From an uncultured Clostridia bacterium (GTDB lineage Bacteria > Bacillota > Clostridia > TANB77 > CAG-508): a DNA stretch of 64,000 bases. Of this stretch, positions 1-10,958 are shown piece by piece. The stretch spans positions 414-64,413 of the forward strand of contig CALXKE010000010.1 in assembly GCA_944388805.1 (NCBI GenBank), read 5' to 3'. The notes under the pieces were generated by a model. The model did not search any database and was not told the DNA's origin. It saw only the letters and a list, made by a program, of their open reading frames with translations. Positions within the stretch are counted from its first letter, which is position 1, and every line of letters begins with the position of its first letter. Both the position numbers and the translations under genes were made by a program.

Positions 1-465
1 CATTTGAGCAGTACCACTTGGACTATCGACTTTTCTATTATGATGTGCTTCAATAATCTCAATATCTGTGTTTTTTAAAAGTGGTGCAAGCCAAGAAACA
101 ATTTTTTTCATAAGCATAATGTCAAAAGACATATTGGCAGATTTAAAGATAGGAATTGTTTTACTTGCTTCTTCGATAATCTTTGTTTCATCTTCTGTAA
201 ATCCAGTTGTGGCAATAACCATTGGTATTTTATTTGTTTTTGCATAATTTAATATATTTAGTGTTGCAACAGGAAGCGAAAAGTCAATGATGACATCTGG
301 TTTTATATTAATATCTTCTATTTCTGTGAAAATTGGAAATTTAGAATCAGAATAACTTAATTTGTCAAATCCGCCAATAACTTGCATGTTTTCATTTTCT
401 TCTACTAAATTACATACTACATTTCCCATTTTTCCATTACAACCATTTACAAATACATTTAACAT
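1..465 (-). CDS. dapB: 4-hydroxy-tetrahydrodipicolinate reductase (DapB), C-terminus cut by window edge
   Basis: Not in ORF track because it is truncated. Reverse translation from ATG at 465-463 gives MLNVFVNGCNGKMGNVVCNLVEENENMQVIGGFDK ... EIIEAHHNRKVDSPSGTAQ, which carries the DapB E-x-HH-x-x-K-x-D-x-PSGTA motif. GGAGGT RBS at 471-476. Lies directly downstream of dapA. Confidence 0.85.
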   Translation of the reverse strand, partial: MLNVFVNGCNGKMGNVVCNLVEENENMQVIGGFDKLSYSDSKFPIFTEIEDINIKPDVIIDFSLPVATLNILNYAKTNKIPMVIATTGFTEDETKIIEEASKTIPIFKSANMSFDIMLMKKIVSWLAPLLKNTDIEIIEAHHNRKVDSPSGTAQM

Positions 466-580
466 TTGATACCTCCATATTTAATAAAATTTAATATTAT
501 GTTTTCAATTTGTATTTTTTACTATATATTTGTTATTTATATTATTTTAAAATTCATTGATTTTATTTGTATTAATCTAA

Positions 581-1459
581 TTAATCTAATTTTTCTAGTT
601 CTTCAATTAATTTTTGCTCTTTATCACTACTCATTTTGGTAAGTGGTAATCTAGGTATTCCATAGTGATAGCCAATATGATTTAAAGCAGCTTTAACAGG
701 AATAGGGTTAACCTCTGAGAATAAAGCTTTTATTAAAGGTAAAGCATTTAATTGCATTTTTGTAGCTTTTTTAATATTACCATCAAAAAAGTTTTGAACC
801 ATGTCATGTGTATATTGAGGTTTTACATTTGATAAAACAGATATGACACCAAGTCCGCCTAATGATAATATTGGTAGTATTTGATCATCATTTCCTGAAT
901 AGATATGTAAATTATCTCCACATAAATGTGCAATTTCAGCAACTTGTGATAAATTGCCACTTGCTTCTTTAATAGCAACAATGTTATCAATTTTAGATAA
1001 TTCTAAACAAGTTTCTGGTAAAATATTGACACCAGTTCTACTTGGTACACTATATAAGATAATTGGTAAAGATACGCTTTCAGCAATTACCTTATAATGT
1101 TCAATTAATCCTTTTTGAGTACATTTGTTGTAATAAGGTGTAACGATTAAAAGTCCATCAACACCTAAAGCTTCTGCTTTTTTAGAATTTTCAATAACCT
1201 TCATTGTGTTATTTCCACCAGTACCTGCAATAATTGGCACTCTTCCATTAGCCGTTTTGACAGCACAAGAAATTGCAGTATCTTTTTCTTCTTCTGTCAT
1301 AGTAGAAGATTCTCCTGTTGTACCACATACGATAATGGCATCTACGCCATTTTCAATTTGAAAATGAATAAGTCTTTCAAATTCTTTAAGATTGACACCG
1401 TTTTCATCAAAAGGTGTACTGATAGCTGTTCCACAGCCTTTGAATAAAATTTTTTTCAT
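581..1459 (-). CDS. dapA: 4-hydroxy-tetrahydrodipicolinate synthase (DapA)
   Basis: MKKILFKGCGTAISTPF, CGTTGESSTMT and the VAIKEASGN active-site Lys region. Start moved to the ATG at 1459 (MKK) inside ORF 581..1468. Confidence 0.9.
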   Translation of the reverse strand: MKKILFKGCGTAISTPFDENGVNLKEFERLIHFQIENGVDAIIVCGTTGESSTMTEEEKDTAISCAVKTANGRVPIIAGTGGNNTMKVIENSKKAEALGVDGLLIVTPYYNKCTQKGLIEHYKVIAESVSLPIILYSVPSRTGVNILPETCLELSKIDNIVAIKEASGNLSQVAEIAHLCGDNLHIYSGNDDQILPILSLGGLGVISVLSNVKPQYTHDMVQNFFDGNIKKATKMQLNALPLIKALFSEVNPIPVKAALNHIGYHYGIPRLPLTKMSSDKEQKLIEELEKLD

Positions 1460-1633
1460 AAAAATCACCTGATTTTCTTAAATAATAGATAAAAAATATA
1501 ATTATATTTTTTATACATTGCCATTATATTACAAAATGTATAAAAAGAGAATAGAAAATGAAAACTTTATTTTTCATATTCAACAAAAAAACGTTTCTAA
1601 CCTAAGAAACGTTTTTATATATAAAACAAATTT

Positions 1634-2173
1634 TTAAAATCGTATTATTAATAAACTAAAGAAGACATAAGCATATCTGAAAGCTTTTTTCATAAACATT
1701 CTAGATTTTATAACTTCTAAGGTTTCGGAAACAGCACAATATTTATCAACAAAAGTTAAAATCAATCCTTCAACTGATGTAGGGAATTGCATTGTTACAG
1801 GCCACATGTGGGTAAGAATCATATCTTTTTCTTTTTGACTCAAATCAAATAATTTACTTGCATTTGCACAAGCTGTTTTTCCATGAGTGAAAGCATGTAA
1901 TCCTTTTCTGCCAGGTTGACGAACACGCCAGTCATATAGGAATAAGTCATGTAACATGGCTGCCCTTGTGGCTGATATATAATCTAAATGGTATTTTTTG
2001 CATATTAAATAACAATAATAAGAAACCATATAGCAGTGGTCAAAACAGGTAGTTTCGTAATGTTGTCTATACTTTTTCATTTCTTGTACGGTCTTATTAT
2101 TTACTAATTCTTCAATAATATTTAAAAATTCTTTATTACTTATAGAATTACATTCTTTCATTTCTTTTTTCAT
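1634..2173 (-). CDS. HD-domain phosphohydrolase
   Basis: 179 aa with H...HD pattern (FDHCYMVSYY ... AAMLHDLFLYDW ... HGKTACANA ... THMWP). Confidence 0.65.
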   Translation of the reverse strand: MKKEMKECNSISNKEFLNIIEELVNNKTVQEMKKYRQHYETTCFDHCYMVSYYCYLICKKYHLDYISATRAAMLHDLFLYDWRVRQPGRKGLHAFTHGKTACANASKLFDLSQKEKDMILTHMWPVTMQFPTSVEGLILTFVDKYCAVSETLEVIKSRMFMKKAFRYAYVFFSLLIIRF

Positions 2174-2214
2174 AAAAACCCCTTTTTTATTTTATGATTC
2201 TGAGAAATGCTTGT

Positions 2215-2278
2215 TATTATATAGGAAAATTCGATTTTATCTGGTTGTTAATCAGATTTTTCAGTATGTAACAAGGTC
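2215..2278 (-). repeat. R1 repeat family, 3' module, inverted copy
   Basis: The reverse complement aligns with 13685-13750: accttgtt..ata..gaaaaatc ... gataaaa.tcga.ttttcctataYaata. Forms a local hairpin (ataggaaaatt / aatttcctat). Confidence 0.7.
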
Positions 2279-2475
2279 AAATTTCCTATTTAAGTAAATA
2301 TTTATCTCTACCTTTTATTATACCATAAAATGCAAAAATAGTAAATGAAAATTTTCTTAAATTATTGAAGAAAAATGAGAATTATACTATAATAAATAAA
2401 GAGAGAATAGGAATAGACAAGTATGTGAAAAATAAAGAAAGGAGATATGTATATTTATATATACATTAAAAGATT

Positions 2476-3777
2476 ATGAAAGTATTAGGTAATATAATGA
2501 TAGATGGAGAAAATAAAATATTAGGTGTGGAAAAAGAGGGAGACTTATATAAATATGTTTTAGGAAATGAGGTTGTTGGTGCTTTTAATCCAGATGTGAT
2601 GGCAGATTCATTAATTGTATTTAGGGAAAATACAATAGAAAATGAATTATCTGACCAAATTAGGGATGAGATAACACAGATTATCGAAACAGTAGGAAAA
2701 GAAGAAATTTTAAAAACAGAACCAGAAAAAGAACAAGAAGAAAATGTTTATGGAGAAGAAATGGAAGATGAAGAAGAATTACAAATGGAGGAAACTGATG
2801 AAGAACTAGAAGGAGAAGAGGAAGAAAAAGAAGAAAAAGATGAAGTGCAAGAGGAAGAAGATAAAGAAGAGAAAATAGAAAATACAACAGGTGATATACA
2901 AATAAAACAAGAAGTAGACATGGATACAATGGCTACAGATATGGACTCACTAGGAGAAAAATTAGAAAAGGCAGGAAAAATTAAAGGTACAGACGAAAAA
3001 CATGGAAAGCTAGGAATTGTGGAATCAGACGACCTAGAGAATTTAAGAGATGAAAATGGAAATAAATTACATGGACATTCATCAAGATATGAAGCTGTTG
3101 TTATAACAAATAAAACAGGAAAAGATGGAAAACCAATTGTTAGAACTTTAGATTTAGAAAATGATACGCAAGAAGGAACCAATCCAACAGAGCAAAACTA
3201 CCAAGTAAGCCAGAACAAGAATCAAACTTTAGAAAAAGGAGATGTTTTAACAAGACTAAAAGTGCAAGGACAAGAAACAATTGGAATCGAAAAAGGGCCA
3301 TATGGAGAAGTAGAAGTGTATCATTCAAGTGATAAAACAATAGGTGGAAATGGTATTGAAGGAAATAAAAGTTTAGATAAGCAACTAGAAACTTCAAATT
3401 CGAAAAATCCAGTAGAAGGTATGGATGAACAAACACAAAAATTATCACAAGAATATCAAGATGGATATCGTTCAGTAGAAGCTTCATATCAAGAAGCAAA
3501 ACAACATGAAAATGATAAGGGAGAACCATGTGAAGAATTACGAGTAGAAGATATGGATGGAGATCCAAATACATCAAATCATAACCATATAGATGATACG
3601 GTAGAAAAATTAATGCAAAATGAAGAAATTGCTGATACATTTACGGAAAGAGAAGTTAGAGGAATGGTCGAAAGAGCATGGGATAATGAGAAAGATAATA
3701 AAACTCTAGAAGAATTTCAAAGGGATGTAGAAAGAAAAGTAGAATTAGATGCTGAAAATATGCAGAGAAAAAGGTAA
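2476..3777 (+). CDS. highly acidic Glu/Asp-rich hypothetical protein, no signal peptide
   Basis: 433-aa ORF with a long poly-E/D tract (EEMEDEEELQMEETDEELEGEEEEKEEKDEVQEEEDKEEK). The antisense ORFs over it are low-complexity artefacts. Confidence 0.6.
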   Translation: MKVLGNIMIDGENKILGVEKEGDLYKYVLGNEVVGAFNPDVMADSLIVFRENTIENELSDQIRDEITQIIETVGKEEILKTEPEKEQEENVYGEEMEDEEELQMEETDEELEGEEEEKEEKDEVQEEEDKEEKIENTTGDIQIKQEVDMDTMATDMDSLGEKLEKAGKIKGTDEKHGKLGIVESDDLENLRDENGNKLHGHSSRYEAVVITNKTGKDGKPIVRTLDLENDTQEGTNPTEQNYQVSQNKNQTLEKGDVLTRLKVQGQETIGIEKGPYGEVEVYHSSDKTIGGNGIEGNKSLDKQLETSNSKNPVEGMDEQTQKLSQEYQDGYRSVEASYQEAKQHENDKGEPCEELRVEDMDGDPNTSNHNHIDDTVEKLMQNEEIADTFTEREVRGMVERAWDNEKDNKTLEEFQRDVERKVELDAENMQRKR

Positions 3778-3895
3778 AATTTATTAAAAATCTATTAAAT
3801 TTTACTAAAAAAGTTGCAATATTTTACCAATAATAGTATAATATAAAAGGTAGTATAATAATATATAGAAAGTATATTAAAAGAGAGGTAAAAAA

Positions 3896-5161
3896 ATGGA
3901 TTATTTATATATACTAAGAGAAGCTTTAGTATGGACGGTAACAATATTTTGGTTATATCAAGTTGTTGTTAGTTTATGTTCTTTAGTAAAATTAAAGGAT
4001 AAACCTTTAAAAGTAAAGAAAGACCATCGTTTTATGGCAATTATACCAGCACATAACGAAGAAGCAGTGGTAGGAAATTTAATTGAGAGTTTAAAAAATC
4101 AAACATATAATAAAGATTTATATGACATATATGTCATTGCAGATAACTGCACAGATAACACAGCAAAAATTGCAAAAGAAGCTGGTGCAATTGTTTACGA
4201 AAGATTTGATGAAACTAAGAAAACAAAAGGATATGCCTTAAATTGGTTTTTACAACAAAAAATTGCAGAAGATGCACCATATGATGCTTTCTTTGTATTT
4301 GATGCAGATAATATCGTTGACAAGAACTTTATAAAAAATATGAATAAAAAACTATGCCAAGGAGAAGATGTTGTACAAGGTTACAGAGATATTAAAAATC
4401 CATCTGATAACTGGATAACAGCAGGATATGCAATATTTTATTGGCAAATGCATAGATTTTATCATTTAGCTAGATATAATTTAGGATTATCACCATTATT
4501 AAATGGTACAGGATTTATGGTAAAATTTGATGTTATCAAACCACAAGGTTGGGATACAGAAACATTAACAGAAGATATTGAATTTTCTTTAAAAAGAATT
4601 ATAAAAGGTAAAAAACTAGGTTGGGCAACAGATGCTATCGTATATGATGAACAACCTACAGGATTTAGACAAAGTTGGTCACAAAGAAGTAGATGGACAG
4701 TTGGTCATATTCAATGTATAAAAAGATATACAAAGGAATTAGCAATAGCTGCAAAAGAAAACAAAAAAATGATAAATCTTGACGGTTTATTATATATTGT
4801 TGGAAGTATACCAATGTTTATTATAACGATTGCATTATTATTAACAAACTTTATTATGTATAATTCAGCATCTATTACAACAGCAGAATTAATTAAAAAC
4901 TTAATTATGTACTTGGTTCCAACATTTGTATTACCAATATTTGTAGGAATATTTGCAATGTGGCTAGATGGAAGAAAGATAAAGCCAATGGCAAAAGGAT
5001 TACTATGTTATCCACTATTTTTATTAACATGGATATGTATAAACTTTAAGTGCTTATTTATTAGAAATACTTCATGGGAGAAGATAAACCATGTAAGAAG
5101 TATAAAAATAGCAGATGTTTCTGATAATCACGAAGCACAGACAGAAAAAGAATTAGTTTAA
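3896..5161 (+). CDS. membrane-embedded processive family-2 glycosyltransferase (PgaC/IcaA/cellulose-synthase-like)
   Basis: N-terminal TM, AIIPAHNEE, DxD (VFDADN), TED (TLTEDIEF), Q-x-x-RW (SQRSRW), C-terminal TM bundle. RBS agagagg. Confidence 0.8.
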   Translation: MDYLYILREALVWTVTIFWLYQVVVSLCSLVKLKDKPLKVKKDHRFMAIIPAHNEEAVVGNLIESLKNQTYNKDLYDIYVIADNCTDNTAKIAKEAGAIVYERFDETKKTKGYALNWFLQQKIAEDAPYDAFFVFDADNIVDKNFIKNMNKKLCQGEDVVQGYRDIKNPSDNWITAGYAIFYWQMHRFYHLARYNLGLSPLLNGTGFMVKFDVIKPQGWDTETLTEDIEFSLKRIIKGKKLGWATDAIVYDEQPTGFRQSWSQRSRWTVGHIQCIKRYTKELAIAAKENKKMINLDGLLYIVGSIPMFIITIALLLTNFIMYNSASITTAELIKNLIMYLVPTFVLPIFVGIFAMWLDGRKIKPMAKGLLCYPLFLLTWICINFKCLFIRNTSWEKINHVRSIKIADVSDNHEAQTEKELV

Positions 5162-5282
5162 AATAAATAGAATAAATTAAAAAAGATAAGTGGACGTTTT
5201 AAATGTTGTTTAACAATAACAATAATAATGTTCCACTTATTATTAGTTGAAATAAGAAATAATAGTGAAAGGATAAGTATAG

Positions 5283-6803
5283 ATGGAACAACTAAAAAAG
5301 ATTGACAAAAAAAATAAATATATACATATAGGAATTATTTTATTAGGTATTGTGTTTATTTGTCTAGCAGCATTCCATGAAGATATATGGTTTGATGAGA
5401 GCTATTCAGTAGCTATTGCAAAACATAGTTTTAGTGAAATATGGAATATAACAGGAAATGATGTTCATCCGCCTTTATATTATTGGATGTTACATATTGT
5501 ATGGATGATTTTCGGAAACCAAAATATTGCTTTTCGATTATTTTCTGTTCTAGCAATTGCCATTTTGGGGATATTGGGTTATACCCATATACGAAAAGAT
5601 TTTGGAGAAAAAGTAGGAATACTATTTTCATTTTTAGTCTACTTTTTACCAGTTATGTGTACATACAGTCAAGAAATTAGAATGTATTCATGGTCATGTT
5701 TAATTGTTACCATATTAGCAATTTATGGATATAGACTATATAAAAATATAAAAGAAAAAACAACTTTAAAAGTACAGAATAAAAATTTAATCATTTTTGG
5801 CATTTTTAGTATAGCAGCATGTTATATACATTATTATGCATTAGCGGCAGCAGGATTAATTAATTTTATGCTACTGGTATATCTAATGAAAAATAGGAAA
5901 GAAAATACGAAACTATTACGAAATTTTATAATTTTAGCAGTAGTACAAATTATTTTATATATTCCATGGTTAATATATTTAAAAGGACAAGTTGCTCATG
6001 TAGAATCAGGTTTTTGGATAACCCTAGAATTAAGAACATTCATAGAAGTTATCAGTTTCCAATTTAGAAGACAGTTAGATACAAATTTTAGTTTTGATGT
6101 AAACACAATTATTACATTAATTGCATCTTTGGCTATGTATGTATATATTGGATATAGAATTTATAGGGCAAAAAAAGAAAAAGAAATTATACTTCCAGGA
6201 GTATTATCTATAGTAACATATATATTGGTCATTTTGGCGGTACTTATTATTTCATTTATGACACCAATTTTATATGCAAGATATTTAATTGTTATTACAG
6301 GATTATATATATTTGGTTTAGCATTTTTTATGGCAAAAGAAAAAAGAAAATGGATAACAGGAATGGTATGTGCTATTATTTTAATTCTAGGAATTATTAG
6401 TAATGTAACCAATATGACAATCAATTATGATGATAGCAATATGAAACAAATTGATTATCTAAAAGAAAATGTACAACCAGATGATATTTTTATTTATTCT
6501 AATATAGGAAATGGTGGAGTGATTGCAGCATTTTTCCCAGACAATAAACAATATTTTTATAATGGTGAATTTTGGGATGTAGAAGAAGCGTACAAAGCCT
6601 ATGGGCCAGGAATGGAAATTATTTATAATTATGAAGATATATTAAAGGATTATCATGGAAGAATTTGGCTAATAGATTCAGGTGATCATAGTTTGTATGA
6701 TTCATTTCCGAAAGAGGGATTAACAACAATTATTGAACCGACAGAGTTTAAAACTAAATATCAAAATTATGTGTATACATTTGTATTATTGGAGAAAGAA
6801 TAA
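5283..6803 (+). CDS. GT-C fold glycosyltransferase (ArnT/PMT, GT39/GT83-like) polytopic membrane protein
   Basis: 506 aa, more than 10 predicted TM helices, a DE motif in the first loop (DIWFDESYS), and a soluble C-terminal domain. Confidence 0.65.
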   Translation: MEQLKKIDKKNKYIHIGIILLGIVFICLAAFHEDIWFDESYSVAIAKHSFSEIWNITGNDVHPPLYYWMLHIVWMIFGNQNIAFRLFSVLAIAILGILGYTHIRKDFGEKVGILFSFLVYFLPVMCTYSQEIRMYSWSCLIVTILAIYGYRLYKNIKEKTTLKVQNKNLIIFGIFSIAACYIHYYALAAAGLINFMLLVYLMKNRKENTKLLRNFIILAVVQIILYIPWLIYLKGQVAHVESGFWITLELRTFIEVISFQFRRQLDTNFSFDVNTIITLIASLAMYVYIGYRIYRAKKEKEIILPGVLSIVTYILVILAVLIISFMTPILYARYLIVITGLYIFGLAFFMAKEKRKWITGMVCAIILILGIISNVTNMTINYDDSNMKQIDYLKENVQPDDIFIYSNIGNGGVIAAFFPDNKQYFYNGEFWDVEEAYKAYGPGMEIIYNYEDILKDYHGRIWLIDSGDHSLYDSFPKEGLTTIIEPTEFKTKYQNYVYTFVLLEKE

Positions 6804-6823
6804 TGAAAAAAGGGAAATAGGAT

Positions 6824-8176
6824 ATGAAAAAAAATGAAAACCAAAAAGCTTTAATCATTAATATATTTACTTTTGTCATTTTAATGATTACTATATATTT
6901 GGCATACCAATTTTATCAAAGTAATAATTTTAATGGTTTTATTCGAAGTGAAACAAATTTGAATGTATCAGAGTTTAAAAGAGATAAAAAAGTAAAATAT
7001 TCTGATATCAATAGTTATAAAATAACATCAAACGATTTTAATGATGCAATGTTTTCAAAAGAAGTACAAGTAAAGAAAAATACACCATATAAAGTGACTT
7101 GTATGATAAAAACAAAAGGGGTTCAGGCAGATAGAAATACATCGAGTATTGGAGCACAAATAGCCATTTCTAATACAGTAGAAAGGTCTGTGGCGATTAG
7201 CGGAGATAACGATTGGCAAAAAGTAGAATTTATATTTAATTCAAAAAATAGGGAGACAGTTGATATTGTTTTTCGACTAGGAGGAACAGAAGGAAATGCG
7301 AAAGGTGAAGCTTGGTTTTCTGATTTTAAAATAGAAGAAGGACAAAGCGAAGATGATAGTAATTGGAAATTCGCTTGCTTTATTTTTAAAAATACAAATG
7401 TCACGATTGATAATAAAGATATTAATATACAGGTAACTGATACAGATATTACAGATATTAGTAATACAATAGAGCGATTTGAAGAATCTTGCAATACTTT
7501 ATCAGAAGGAAAAATGACAGCAGATTGTGATATATATGAAATACAAGAACCAATTACGTCTTTATCTTATGATGACGAATTTGGTTATTATGTTGCGCCA
7601 GAAGATGTAGAAAAACAAATTAGAGATGTTATCAATCAGCATAATTATGATCATATTTTTGTTGTTGTAAGATTAGGGAATGAAGAATATGAAAATGATA
7701 TTGAGATTAAAGATTGGATTGGATTAGGGTCTATGGATTATTATGGGATTGGATTTTCTAATATTCGATTACCAAATAGTTCGAAAAGTTATATATATAA
7801 GTATGATGTAAGAGTGAATCAATTTCCAGAAGAAGTATTTTTACACGAATTTCTACATTCATTGGAAAGAACAGCAAAAGAGTATGGATATACTATACCG
7901 GCATTGCATGACTATAAAGACTATGGGTATGAAAATGAATATTTAGTAGGACAAAGAGAATGGTATAAAGATTATATGAATCAAGAAATATATACATCAA
8001 ATGGATATGTGGGATTACCAAATGAAATATATACATTAAAACCTGCCAAGAAATCAAATTTTGAATATGCAAATGAGTTAGAAATTTATACAGAACCACA
8101 AAATATCTTTGAAGAAATTAGAGGCATATTTGAAAATTTATTTACAAATATAGGACTTATCATAGGAAAGACATAA
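6824..8176 (+). CDS. membrane-anchored protein with a CBM-like beta-sandwich region and a C-terminal HExxH motif
   Basis: N-terminal TM anchor. GGTEGNAKGEAWFSDFKIEE resembles CBM4/9-type lectin folds. FLHEFLHSLE carries a zincin HExxH motif. Confidence 0.5.
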   Translation: MKKNENQKALIINIFTFVILMITIYLAYQFYQSNNFNGFIRSETNLNVSEFKRDKKVKYSDINSYKITSNDFNDAMFSKEVQVKKNTPYKVTCMIKTKGVQADRNTSSIGAQIAISNTVERSVAISGDNDWQKVEFIFNSKNRETVDIVFRLGGTEGNAKGEAWFSDFKIEEGQSEDDSNWKFACFIFKNTNVTIDNKDINIQVTDTDITDISNTIERFEESCNTLSEGKMTADCDIYEIQEPITSLSYDDEFGYYVAPEDVEKQIRDVINQHNYDHIFVVVRLGNEEYENDIEIKDWIGLGSMDYYGIGFSNIRLPNSSKSYIYKYDVRVNQFPEEVFLHEFLHSLERTAKEYGYTIPALHDYKDYGYENEYLVGQREWYKDYMNQEIYTSNGYVGLPNEIYTLKPAKKSNFEYANELEIYTEPQNIFEEIRGIFENLFTNIGLIIGKT

Positions 8177-8179
8177 AAA

Positions 8180-8212
8180 ATGTCCTTTTTGGGACGTTTC
8201 TGTTTGGAACAT
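8180..8212 (+). repeat. G-family element G1 (hairpin with GGGACG in loop)
   Basis: atgtcctttttgggacgtttctgtttggaacat starts 4 nt after the stop at 8176. It is near-identical to 41448-41479. Confidence 0.75.
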
Positions 8213-8238
8213 TAAAAGAAAAACATTAAGGAGGAACC

Positions 8239-9261
8239 ATGAAAGTATCAGAATTTAATTATGAATTACCAGAAGAATTAATTGCACAAACACCAATAGA
8301 AAAAAGAGATGAATCAAGATTAATGGTTTTAAATAGAAGCAAGCAAACGATTGAACATAAAACATTTAAAGATATTATTGACTATTTAGAACCAGGTGAT
8401 TGTTTGGTAAGGAATAACACGAAAGTTATTCCAGCCAGAATTTATGGAAAAAAAGAAACAGGAGCAAAAGTAGAATTTCTATTACTAAAAAATATAGAAG
8501 GAGATATTTGGGAAACAATTGTAAGACCAGGGAATAAACTTCATGTAGGAACTAAAGTGATTTTTGGTGATGGATTATTAACAGCTGAAATTTTAGAAAT
8601 CATGCCAGGAGGTACAAGAAAAGTTAAATTCTCATACAAAGGCATATTTAATGAAATATTAGATAAAATAGGATTAATGCCATTACCACCATATATTCAT
8701 GAAGAATTAAAAGATAATGATAGATATCAAACAGTTTATGCCAAATATGATGGATCAGCAGCAGCACCAACAGCAGGTTTACATTTTACACCAGAATTAT
8801 TAAAGAAAATAGAAGAAAAAGGTGTCAAAATTGCTAATGTAACACTACATGTTGGTATTGGAACCTTTAGACCTGTAAAAGAAGAAAATGTAGAAAATCA
8901 TGAAATGCATACAGAACATTTCTATATTAAACAAGAAGATGTTGACAAAATTAACGAGACAAAAAGACAAGGAAAAAGAGTGATTGCCGTTGGAACGACT
9001 TCTTGTAGAGTATTAGAAACGATTGCAGATGAAAATGGATTGGTAAAAGAAACAGAAGCAGATACCAGTATCTTTATTTATCCAGGCTATCATTTTAAAT
9101 GCTTAGATGGATTAATTACCAATTTCCATTTACCACAATCTACTTTATTAATGTTAGTATCTGCCTTAGCTGGAAAAGATTATATTATGAAAGCATACAA
9201 TGAAGCAGTAAAAGAGAAATATCGATTTTTTAGTTTTGGAGATGCCATGTTTATTCAATAA
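8239..9261 (+). CDS. queA: S-adenosylmethionine:tRNA ribosyltransferase-isomerase
   Basis: [31 protein letters not shown] is a canonical QueA N-terminus. 340 aa. RBS aaggagg. Confidence 0.93.
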   Translation: MKVSEFNYELPEELIAQTPIEKRDESRLMVLNRSKQTIEHKTFKDIIDYLEPGDCLVRNNTKVIPARIYGKKETGAKVEFLLLKNIEGDIWETIVRPGNKLHVGTKVIFGDGLLTAEILEIMPGGTRKVKFSYKGIFNEILDKIGLMPLPPYIHEELKDNDRYQTVYAKYDGSAAAPTAGLHFTPELLKKIEEKGVKIANVTLHVGIGTFRPVKEENVENHEMHTEHFYIKQEDVDKINETKRQGKRVIAVGTTSCRVLETIADENGLVKETEADTSIFIYPGYHFKCLDGLITNFHLPQSTLLMLVSALAGKDYIMKAYNEAVKEKYRFFSFGDAMFIQ

Positions 9262-9292
9262 GTTTATAAACAAGAATTAAGTAGGTGATAAA

Positions 9293-9799
9293 ATGAAAAT
9301 AAGAAAAGCCAAAAAAGAAGATATGAAGGATATACAAGATTTAAGATATTTGCTTGCAAAATATGATAAATCTTTAGGATTAGATATTGTTGTAACTGAA
9401 TGGGGATATACGGAAGTAGGAAAAAAGGATTTGGAGTATTTTTTAAATGAGCAATATATTTATGTAGCAGAAGAAAATGAAAAAATTGTTGGATTTATAA
9501 CGGCAGAAATATTAAAGAAAAAAGTATGGTATAATGTACAATTAGGTTCAATAAATAATATATTTGTTTTGGAAGAATATAGAAATCAAGGAATTGGTAA
9601 AGCATTAATGAAAACAATGATAGACACTCTAAAAGAAGCGGGAATAACCAATGTTCAACTAGATACATACAACAAAAATAGTAATGCAATAAAATTTTAT
9701 GAAGGATTAGGATTTGAAAAGTGTAATCTTCAAATGCTATATCAAGCAGATAAGAATAAAACAAATCCAAAAAAATTGAAATACCAAAAAAGCCAATAA
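9293..9799 (+). CDS. GNAT family N-acetyltransferase
   Basis: 168 aa with acetyl-CoA motif A (RNQGIGKALM). Confidence 0.75.
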   Translation: MKIRKAKKEDMKDIQDLRYLLAKYDKSLGLDIVVTEWGYTEVGKKDLEYFLNEQYIYVAEENEKIVGFITAEILKKKVWYNVQLGSINNIFVLEEYRNQGIGKALMKTMIDTLKEAGITNVQLDTYNKNSNAIKFYEGLGFEKCNLQMLYQADKNKTNPKKLKYQKSQ

Positions 9800-10948
<1,149 letters not shown>

Positions 10949-10958
10949 GAGGGTGTAT

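Noticed and set aside
1469-1633. Lysine riboswitch (L-box) upstream of dapA
   Set aside because: The 5' region is short, AT-rich and lacks the conserved L-box helices and the AGAGGCGC-type core. Nothing there is foldable into a five-way junction.
2681-3640. Three long antisense ORFs (2681..2929, 2748..3182, 3140..3640) inside the acidic-protein gene
   Set aside because: They are Leu/Phe/Ser-rich translations of the complement of GAA/GAT-rich low-complexity sequence. They have no RBS and lie fully within a better sense ORF.
8190-8200. Resemblance of GGGGACG to the 5' end of Firmicute tmRNA (ssrA begins GGGGACGUU...)
   Set aside because: The similarity stops after 7-9 nt. There are many copies. 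No tRNA-like 3' end (…CCACCA pairing partner), resume codon or tag ORF follows any copy.
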